From Candidatus Micrarchaeia archaeon (lineage in GTDB: Archaea; Micrarchaeota; Micrarchaeia; CAILAH01): 13,342 nt of DNA. The position numbers and the translations under genes were made by a program. The notes beneath the pieces are model-generated. The model ran no database searches. It saw only the letters and a program-made list of their open reading frames with translations, and was not told the DNA's origin. Shown here in pieces: positions 6,659 through 13,342 of the stretch (position 1 is its first letter; every line of letters begins with the position of its first letter). The stretch covers positions 1-13,342 of the forward strand of contig JBMFNT010000021.1 in the NCBI GenBank assembly GCA_049970015.1. Direction: 5' to 3'.

Positions 6659-7861
6659 TTATTTTATTTTTCCTGAGCCTGCAAGGCGCCACCTATTATT
6701 TATCCTTCTGCTTATTGCTACCCTACTTCCAGGATACGCAACCAGTGGCCTTTTGAGAAGCACGTTTGCTATGCCTTTCTTTATACTCCGTACAACCCCT
6801 ACAGATATAGATGTGCCAACGCTTATGACAACTGGCTCATTGGCCTGAAGCATGGGCATTTGCACATCAACGCGCTCAAACAATGAATACTCTATGTTAA
6901 CCTCTTTCACAGGGTCTGGAAGTGTCCCTGGCTTGCCAACGACCTGCCCCACAAGCCCATCCGCTTTAGCAAGTGAAGGATCAAGCAGGGTTGATATGGC
7001 AATGAGACCGCCCGCACCAGCACTTTTCACACTTTCACCACCAGTATGTATATCAGTAACTACGGTATGCAAGCGTTCATATACCCCTTTCTTTTCATCT
7101 ATTATTATGCCGGGGGATAACTCTATCTCATCCCCAACATTTACCTCTCCCTCAATTACTGAGCCACCCACTACTGCACCAACGAGACGCGTTACATCTG
7201 TTCCGGGCCTGTTCACATCAAATGATCGGGCCACATACATCTTGAGAGGCGCTTTCATATTTCTCTCAGGAACTGGTATGTTCTCATATATTGCTTTCAA
7301 CAATGCATCAACATTAACTCCGTAATTGGCTGCCATTGGTATGATGGGTGCATTATATGCAGAAGTGCCCTTCAAAAACTCCTTTATCTCCTCATAATTC
7401 TTCTTTGCATGCTCGGGGCTTACTACATCTATCTTGTTTTGGACAACTACTATGTTCTTTACCCCAAGCGTTTCAAGAACCATGAGATGCTCGAGCGTTT
7501 GCGGTTGTGGGCATTTCTCATTCGCTGCAATCACGAGCAACGCGCCATCTGTAATGCTTGATGCCGCAATCGCTGTTGTCATGAGTGTCTCATGCCCCGG
7601 GGCATCCAAAATCGAAAACTTTCTTACGTGCTCAGTCACTGAGCCACAGTGAGGGCATGTCTCCCTTGTGCTAAAGGCCTCAACACCTTTACATTTCGGA
7701 CACCTGTATATATTAACATCAACATATCCTATCTTTATAGTAATTCCCCTTTTTATCTCCTCGCTGTGCACATCCGTCCAAACACCACTCAACGCTTTAG
7801 TAATACTGGTCTTGCCATGGTCGACATGCCCGAGCATTACTATGTTAAGTTCAGGCTGCAT
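6659..7861 (-). CDS. eif2g: Translation initiation factor aIF2 gamma subunit
   Basis: GHVDHGKT, HSEEIKRGITIKIGY, Zn knuckle CPKC..CPHC, DAPGHE, PQPQTLEH, QNKID, ARSFDVNRPG, RWRLAG. Likely start ATG 7861 (MQPELN). Confidence 0.97.
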   Translation of the reverse strand: MQPELNIVMLGHVDHGKTSITKALSGVWTDVHSEEIKRGITIKIGYVDVNIYRCPKCKGVEAFSTRETCPHCGSVTEHVRKFSILDAPGHETLMTTAIAASSITDGALLVIAANEKCPQPQTLEHLMVLETLGVKNIVVVQNKIDVVSPEHAKKNYEEIKEFLKGTSAYNAPIIPMAANYGVNVDALLKAIYENIPVPERNMKAPLKMYVARSFDVNRPGTDVTRLVGAVVGGSVIEGEVNVGDEIELSPGIIIDEKKGVYERLHTVVTDIHTGGESVKSAGAGGLIAISTLLDPSLAKADGLVGQVVGKPGTLPDPVKEVNIEYSLFERVDVQMPMLQANEPVVISVGTSISVGVVRSIKKGIANVLLKRPLVAYPGSRVAISRRINNRWRLAGSGKIK

Positions 7862-7866
7862 CAGAA

Positions 7867-8262
7867 TCACTTTTTATCCCTGTTTTCAGAAGAAGGCGCT
7901 CCCAAAATTTCAGAAAGAGCTTGAGGGCCGGCCTGTTTGACAACAAGATTAAGCTGTGAGATATCTTCAGAAACTATGTTGCCGCGTACGGTTTTCCTTC
8001 TCTTTTCACCTTTTCTAACCTTCCTTATTCCTGGGCCACTTCCAATCAGTATCTTCCTCTTGACCATTCCCTGGACATCAAACCGCATAGGAAATCCTGA
8101 ACTGTCACTGCCGCCACGTATTGTAAACACATATCCAGGAACTCCTATAATGTCGCCTTCTATGTCGTCACCAACCTTCTTGCCAAAAAGCAGAGATGCC
8201 TTGCTCGCATCAATCTCCACCTTGTAGGTCTTCCCACTTTTCTCAGATATGTTCAGTTTCAT
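7867..8262 (-). CDS. rps6e: Small subunit ribosomal protein S6e
   Basis: MKLNIS..GKT, IRGGSDSSGFPMR, GEKRRKTVRGN, ISQLNL. ATG 8262 with GGGTGG upstream. Confidence 0.96.
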   Translation of the reverse strand: MKLNISEKSGKTYKVEIDASKASLLFGKKVGDDIEGDIIGVPGYVFTIRGGSDSSGFPMRFDVQGMVKRKILIGSGPGIRKVRKGEKRRKTVRGNIVSEDISQLNLVVKQAGPQALSEILGAPSSENRDKK

Positions 8263-8316
8263 ATTAACCACCCGGTGCACATATACAAGAGTACACAGGT
8301 GTAGTGTTAAAGCACA

Positions 8317-8331
8317 ATATATTTATAAAAC
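8317..8331. promoter_or_regulatory. TATA-like element between divergent rps6e and glycosyltransferase genes
   Basis: ATATATTTATAAAA reads TTTATAAA on both strands. Confidence 0.5.
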
Positions 8332-8414
8332 ACTCATGGAACTTAATTCATTATTATCAGCAGTGTGTCAAAGACCCATATATCACTTATAACTATTTTT
8401 TCTAAAAGATTAGC

Positions 8415-9557
8415 ATGGACCTTGTGCTCTTGCAACCATTCCTACATGCAAAGGGTGGTCTTGAAAAGGTTGTGCTCAAGATAGCACAAAAATATAATGC
8501 AGTAATATATACGTACAGGTACTTAAAGGAAAGCACTTTCCCAGAGTTTGGAGATATTGATATAAGGGTTGTAAAGCCATTCATTACATCACCGGCCTCC
8601 GTACTGCCTTCACGCTTGAAATGGGGTATCCAGAGCGGTGAGGTATTCTGGAACATTAAGATAAAGGATGATTATGATGTTGTAAATGCACATGGAACAC
8701 CGAGCGAATGGGCAAGGAACAGGAACGAAAGAATGCTCTGGTACTGTCATACCCCTAACAGGGAGGCATTTGATTTGTATGAGTGGAGGATGAAGCAAAG
8801 AGGTTTGATAGGAAAAGTGCTCTTCTGGTCATCAATACAGGCATACAAATTCTTTGAGTTTAGGGTGGTTGATAAGATCGAGGGGATAGCTACAAACTCG
8901 ATAAATTCACAGGCCAGGATAAAGAAATACCTAAACCGCAATGCTACGGTTATATATCCGGGGATTGATGCAAGCGAATATTCCAACAAAGGGTATGAAA
9001 AGTTCTTCCTCTATCCTTCAAGAATAACACCAGAAAAAAGGTTTGAGCTTGCAATAGATGCATTTATGAAGAGTGGGCTGCAAAAACAGGGATACAAGCT
9101 TGTGATAGCGGGCTCACTGATACAAGACAGAAAAGAACATGTCGAATACTACAAAAAGATATGCGGGCTCATAAAAGGGATTGGTGATGTAAGAGTAAAC
9201 ATAACACAAGAAGAGCTTATAGACCTATATTCAAGATGCATGGCCGTTGTTTTTACTCCAATAAATGAGGATTTTGGCATAGTACCGCTTGAGGCAATGG
9301 CGTCAGAAAAGCCGGTCATAGCAATAAATGAGGGAGGGCCAACTGAAACAGTAGTTCATGAAAAGACAGGATACCTGTGTAATAGTGTTGAGGAGATATC
9401 TGCGTGTATGGCCCTGTTGCACAATGACCCTTCATTGAAGGAAAGGCTAGGGAAGGAAGGAAAGAAGGTTGTTAGGGAGAAATTCTCATGGAGTGCATTC
9501 TTTACAAAGTTTGATGCACTTGCTAAAGAGGTGGCAAAACATGCACAAAAAAAGTAA
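8415..9557 (+). CDS. Glycosyltransferase family 4 (GT-B)
   Basis: N-terminal GGLEKV, WYCHTP, IATNS, VIYPGID, SRITPEKR, EDFGIVPLEAMASEKPVI, GGPTETV..TGYL. Confidence 0.93.
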   Translation: MDLVLLQPFLHAKGGLEKVVLKIAQKYNAVIYTYRYLKESTFPEFGDIDIRVVKPFITSPASVLPSRLKWGIQSGEVFWNIKIKDDYDVVNAHGTPSEWARNRNERMLWYCHTPNREAFDLYEWRMKQRGLIGKVLFWSSIQAYKFFEFRVVDKIEGIATNSINSQARIKKYLNRNATVIYPGIDASEYSNKGYEKFFLYPSRITPEKRFELAIDAFMKSGLQKQGYKLVIAGSLIQDRKEHVEYYKKICGLIKGIGDVRVNITQEELIDLYSRCMAVVFTPINEDFGIVPLEAMASEKPVIAINEGGPTETVVHEKTGYLCNSVEEISACMALLHNDPSLKERLGKEGKKVVREKFSWSAFFTKFDALAKEVAKHAQKK

Positions 9558-10329
9558 GGTTGTTGTAGCGGCAGGTACTTTTGACATATTACACTTGGGA
9601 CATCTTCACTATCTCAATCACGCAAGGTTGCTGGGGGATAGATTGGTGGTCATAGTATCAACTGATAAGATTGCAAAAAAGTATGGTAAATCGCTTGTGC
9701 ATAATGAAAAGGAGAGGTTAGAAATGATAAGATCGCTCAGGGTTGTTGATGAAGCGGTATTGGGAAATGAAAGGGATATGCTTGCCCCCATAAGAAAAAT
9801 ACGGCCAGATGTGATATTCATCGGTTATGACCAGAGAGTGCCAGATAGGTTGTTAGATTACTGTAAAAAGAATGGTATACACGTAGTGTACGATGAATGT
9901 TCAAAAATGCCTGATAAGTACAAAACTACAATAATAAAGGAAAGGATTGCCGGAAGCAGAAAAAGTGAAAGATTGTTGAACCTTGCAAAGACTAATGTAA
10001 AGCTTTGCCCTTGGTGCGGTGAGAAAAAACCGGAAGAGTATGTAAATGAGCTTGTGGGTGAGGTTGATGAGGTAAAAAGCGCAATAGAAAAAAAAGATTA
10101 TGAGAACTTAAGCGAGGAAATAGGAGATGTGATATGGGATGCGCTCGTGCTTGCACACATATGTGAGAAGGAAGGGTTGTTCAAAGGAGATGATGTACTG
10201 GAAAAGATAATAAGGAAGATTGAAAGGAGGAAGCCATGGCTGATCAAAGGAAAAAAAGTAAGCAAAGAAGAGGCCGTACGGATATGGGAAAATGCAAAAA
10301 GAATGGAGAAAATAATTAAACACTTATAG
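9541..10329 (+). CDS. Fusion of a cytidylyltransferase-like nucleotidyltransferase (RibL FAD synthase-like) and a MazG-like NTP pyrophosphohydrolase
   Basis: N-terminal GTFDILHLGH (HxGH), RVVDEAVLG, PDVIFIGYDQ; C-terminal CPW..ELVGEVDEV..NLSEEIGDV..RRKPW. ATG 9541 with GAGGTGG upstream; overlaps the GT4 stop. Confidence 0.88.
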   Translation: MHKKSKVVVAAGTFDILHLGHLHYLNHARLLGDRLVVIVSTDKIAKKYGKSLVHNEKERLEMIRSLRVVDEAVLGNERDMLAPIRKIRPDVIFIGYDQRVPDRLLDYCKKNGIHVVYDECSKMPDKYKTTIIKERIAGSRKSERLLNLAKTNVKLCPWCGEKKPEEYVNELVGEVDEVKSAIEKKDYENLSEEIGDVIWDALVLAHICEKEGLFKGDDVLEKIIRKIERRKPWLIKGKKVSKEEAVRIWENAKRMEKIIKHL

Positions 10330-11223
10330 TGGTTTGAGAGGTTTCCACTTCTTGCCAAACTCCTTTGCATTTAGCCAGTTTATGCGCATCTTTGCGTACA
10401 TTTCTGGGCCATCTGATACTTGTGCCACACCACAAAAAACCCCATTCTCAGAATACACTTTAACAAAATCATCCCTTTTCACATTGTCTGGGTATTTTAA
10501 GATACCTTTCCTGTATATAGGCGAACCGTACGCAATGGATGGGAGTACTGTATCTTTCACTGTGATTGATGGGAGGTTGAGAAGTGCATCAGGTGGTATC
10601 AACATGTCTGAGAGGCGTGTACAATCTCCTTTATTCTCACAAAGCCAAACTGCATCCTTCAACTCATACAATGTGTGTGCCTGCCCTTCACCAACACTTC
10701 CACTCCGTATTCTTCTCAGCTCAGTCATGTTTGCACCGCAGCCAATCTCCTTGCCTATGCTATGTATAAGCGTTCTTACATAGACGCCACCTTCACAGAA
10801 GACATGGATTAATACATCGCGCCCCTTCTTCTCAAGTATATTGATTGAATAAACCTTCCGTTTCCTTGGGCGTTTTGCAACTGCGCTTTTAACAGGAGGT
10901 TTCTGTACTATCTCACCTACAAATCTATTCAAAACATCCTCAATCAATCCTATATGTACATCCTTGTGAAGGTGCATAACTGCTATGTATTCCTTATCCT
11001 GCCCACTCAAAAACCTGCTCAGCCTTACTGCCTTTCCAAGTGCAATTATGAGCACACCTGATACCTTCGGGTCAAGCGTACCTATGTGCCCGCTCCTACT
11101 TACACAAAGAATGTCACGTACCCAATTGCTGACCTGTGCGCTTGGAGGCCCGCGTGGCTTATCAATAACAACAAAACATCCATTGAGAAGTTTTTGTATA
11201 TTTTCATCCATAAACTCACTCAT
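10324..11223 (-). CDS. cbf5: H/ACA RNA-guided pseudouridine synthase Cbf5 (TruB family) with PUA domain
   Basis: IDKPRGPPS, GHIGTLDPKVSG (catalytic Asp), QKPPVKSAV, CEGGVYVR, MTELRRIRSG and a C-terminal PUA-like region. Confidence 0.95.
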   Translation of the reverse strand: MSEFMDENIQKLLNGCFVVIDKPRGPPSAQVSNWVRDILCVSRSGHIGTLDPKVSGVLIIALGKAVRLSRFLSGQDKEYIAVMHLHKDVHIGLIEDVLNRFVGEIVQKPPVKSAVAKRPRKRKVYSINILEKKGRDVLIHVFCEGGVYVRTLIHSIGKEIGCGANMTELRRIRSGSVGEGQAHTLYELKDAVWLCENKGDCTRLSDMLIPPDALLNLPSITVKDTVLPSIAYGSPIYRKGILKYPDNVKRDDFVKVYSENGVFCGVAQVSDGPEMYAKMRINWLNAKEFGKKWKPLKPL

Positions 11224-11257
11224 AACTTTTTATATGTTGCTGTGTTGAAATAATCCA

Positions 11258-11668
11258 ATGCCTGAAGATTACGATATACTTTTGGAGAGAGCATATAAAA
11301 ATGTTCCAAAAAGAGAGGAGTATACCGGAAGGTTTGAGCTTCCAAACATAGAAGTGCTAGCACAAGGAAATAAGACGATTGTAAAGAATTTTGGAGACCT
11401 GTGTACAACCATACGGAGGGAGCCAAAAGAGGTGTCAAAATATCTGTCAAAGGAGCTTGCCGTCCCAAGCAGTATAGATGGAAAACGCCTCATATTCAAT
11501 GGGAAGGTTGATGAGAGGCTTCTCGCATCAAAAATACATGAGTTCGTTGAAAGGTTTGTTAAATGCAAGACTTGTGGTGGATATGACACACACCTTGAGC
11601 AGGTGGACAGGAACATCTTCATGATGAAATGTGAGGCATGCGGTGCACAGGCACCTGTGAGGTTGTAA
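11258..11668 (+). CDS. eif2b: Translation initiation factor aIF2 beta subunit
   Basis: YDILLERAY, RFELP, GNKTIVKNF, KYLSKELA and a C-terminal Zn ribbon CKTC..DT..CEACGA. Confidence 0.95.
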   Translation: MPEDYDILLERAYKNVPKREEYTGRFELPNIEVLAQGNKTIVKNFGDLCTTIRREPKEVSKYLSKELAVPSSIDGKRLIFNGKVDERLLASKIHEFVERFVKCKTCGGYDTHLEQVDRNIFMMKCEACGAQAPVRL

Positions 11669-11672
11669 TACC

Positions 11673-11978
11673 ATGGAAAAAAGAGATGTGCAAGAGGAGA
11701 TAGTGCGTGTAAGAATGCCACGCGAGGGAGAAATACTTGCAGTAGTTACTGCTTTGTTGGGTGGGAGCAGAATGCGTGTATCCTGTATAGATGGAAAGGA
11801 GAGGATTGTAAGAGTGCCGGGTAAGCTGAAACGCCGAGCTTGGATTAAGATGAATGATGTTGTCTTAATAATCCCATGGGAGATAGATAATTCTAAGGGA
11901 GATATAGTGTGGAAGTATACTCCAATACAAGTTGAATGGCTTAAGAATAAGGGGGTAATACCGCGCAATTTTGGGTAA
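11673..11978 (+). CDS. eif1a: Translation initiation factor aIF1A
   Basis: RVRMP.EGE, LLGG, CIDGKER..RVPGKLK, WI..NDVVLIIPW, KGDIVWKY. Confidence 0.95.
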   Translation: MEKRDVQEEIVRVRMPREGEILAVVTALLGGSRMRVSCIDGKERIVRVPGKLKRRAWIKMNDVVLIIPWEIDNSKGDIVWKYTPIQVEWLKNKGVIPRNFG

Positions 11979-12093
11979 GAAAAAGCATTTTCGGCATTTG
12001 GTGTAAAAATCTGAGAAATGTTATAAATTTTTAATAGATTTTGAGTTAAGCTTATAATATTTTGCGCAGAGTTCTCTGATATTTATCCAAAAA

Positions 12094-12110
12094 AAGGAAG
12101 GTTTTTAAAT
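12094..12110 (+). promoter_or_regulatory. Candidate BRE + TATA box for the TFE gene
   Basis: Purine-rich AAGGAAGG followed by TTTTTAAAT, about 33 nt upstream of ATG 12143. Confidence 0.55.
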
Positions 12111-12142
12111 GGGAAAATACATATTATTATAAAGGTATTGTT

Positions 12143-12595
12143 ATGGTAGATGTAGAATATATAATGAAAAATGCAGATGTGAAAGAGAAGGCAACGGAGT
12201 GCTTTGGGGAGCTGTTTATGGTTATACTCCCATACCTTAAGAAACCTGTATCAGCCGAGTCAATATCAAAGAGGATAAGGGTAAAGCCTTCAAGGATACG
12301 TGCAGTGCTGAATAGGCTGTTCAACTATAACCTGATCGAGTACAAAAGGTCTTTTGATGATGATACTGGAAAGTACACTTACATCTGGACACTGAAGCAT
12401 AAGAAGCTGAAGCAGTTCCTGAATGCTTCAGATTGTTGTTATGAACATACAGTAGTTTCTGATTCTAAGCCCGTTGAATCCCCTCTTCTCTTTTTGTGTG
12501 TTGGTTGTAAGGAGGAGTACACCTTCGAAACTGCTGCTAACTATTCTTTCAAGTGTTACAAGTGCGGCTCATTCATAGATGCAAAAGAGAAATAA
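12143..12595 (+). CDS. tfe: Transcription factor E alpha-like protein
   Basis: Winged helix (IRAVLNRL..NLIEYKRSFDDDTGKYTYIW) and Zn ribbon (FLCVGC..YTFETA..YSFKCYKCG). Confidence 0.85.
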   Translation: MVDVEYIMKNADVKEKATECFGELFMVILPYLKKPVSAESISKRIRVKPSRIRAVLNRLFNYNLIEYKRSFDDDTGKYTYIWTLKHKKLKQFLNASDCCYEHTVVSDSKPVESPLLFLCVGCKEEYTFETAANYSFKCYKCGSFIDAKEK

Positions 12596-12635
12596 TATTT
12601 ATAAATCATAAAACCTAATTAATAGTGGTGTTTAT

Positions 12636-13342
12636 ATGGCGCAAAGACAAATTAATGAGGAGCAACTCATCACTCTTGCGGTTCAATATGCCGTGAAAAA
12701 AGCTGGGGAAACGGAGAAGGTTACTCGAGAGATTATGAAGGATGCTATAAAAAATGCTTACGGTGCTGCTTACAGAATGACTCCATCTCTTGATGAGCTT
12801 AACAGGCTGACTGATATAGCAATGGAAAAGTTAGTAATGAAAGAAGAAAAAGTAAAGCTTGATGTAGTACCCTCAAAGGTTGCTAAAAAAGAGGAAGAAG
12901 TGCCTGTCAGGAAGCTTAAGCCGCTTAAGCCCATATCAGGAACTAAAATTGTTGAAGGGGCAAGCAAGATGCTTACAGAGGAAAAAGAGGATCTTGATGA
13001 GCTGTACAATAAACTCCTGTCTCTGGATTATAAGAGCCCTGGGAGGTATAAAGGTAAGGGGTATATAGGCGGTGCAAGGGGAGAACATTACAATGTTGAG
13101 ATTGCATATGTGCAGGAGATATACAACAGGCTTGTTGAGTATGGGTATATAAAAGGGAAAAAGATTAGGGTGGATGGCATATATGGAAAAGAAACCGAAG
13201 AAGCAATTAAGAAACTCCAAAAGCTTGTTGATGTGAAGGAAGATGGATACTTCGGCATTGATACGCGGAATGCACTCAAGGAATGGGTCAAGGAAAACTT
13301 GGGTGATTTAAGGAAAAAGGCTGGAATGAAAGAGGAAGAAGA
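12636..13342 (+). CDS. Hypothetical protein with a peptidoglycan-binding (PG_binding_1-like) domain, 3' truncated by the window edge
   Basis: Not in the supplied ORF track (no stop in window). Manual translation from ATG 12636: MAQRQINEEQL...VQEIYNRL...VDGIYGKETEEAIKKLQKLVDVKEDGYFGIDTRNAL...; open to the end. TTTATAAA at 12598-12605 and GTGGTG upstream. Confidence 0.85.
   Translation, partial: MAQRQINEEQLITLAVQYAVKKAGETEKVTREIMKDAIKNAYGAAYRMTPSLDELNRLTDIAMEKLVMKEEKVKLDVVPSKVAKKEEEVPVRKLKPLKPISGTKIVEGASKMLTEEKEDLDELYNKLLSLDYKSPGRYKGKGYIGGARGEHYNVEIAYVQEIYNRLVEYGYIKGKKIRVDGIYGKETEEAIKKLQKLVDVKEDGYFGIDTRNALKEWVKENLGDLRKKAGMKEEE

Noticed and set aside
11979..12142. AT-rich intergenic region as a replication origin
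   Set aside because: No ORB-like repeats with G-strings and no cdc6/orc1 gene nearby; it is explained by terminator and promoter sequence.
493..13291. Numerous antisense or alternative-frame ORFs overlapping the called genes (e.g. 493-786, 1671-2096, 4381-4857, 6852-7325, 10334-10783, 11269-11721, 12880-13068)
   Set aside because: Shadow ORFs of well-supported genes with no recognisable motifs; none resembles a Cas, TnpB or transposase protein.

Overview
Archaeal chromosomal window. The gene content and compact layout suggest a DPANN archaeon, possibly Micrarchaeota-like (inference). It is mostly informational housekeeping genes: MCM, aIF2-gamma, S6e, Cbf5, aIF2-beta, aIF1A and TFE-alpha. 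Also present are a presenilin-type protease, a GT4 glycosyltransferase, a hexapeptide acetyltransferase, a nucleotidyltransferase-MazG fusion, a GS-fold protein with a degenerate active site and a partial peptidoglycan-binding-domain protein. The non-coding features are the most interesting. (1) A cas-less mini CRISPR array (5 x 37-bp repeats, 4 spacers, 5764-6092) has a repeat that closely resembles type V-F Cas14/Cas12f repeats and lies between MCM and the S6e/aIF2-gamma/acetyltransferase run. (2) The 3' exon of a tRNA-Ala follows at least 233 nt of hairpin-rich, intron-like sequence with a BHB-compatible junction. (3) tRNA-Phe(GAA) has a non-canonical T-loop intron at 59/60. (4) An orphan IS200/IS605-type right-end (TnpB omega-RNA-like) motif ends 13 nt upstream of tRNA-Phe. 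No cas or tnpB gene is visible in the window.
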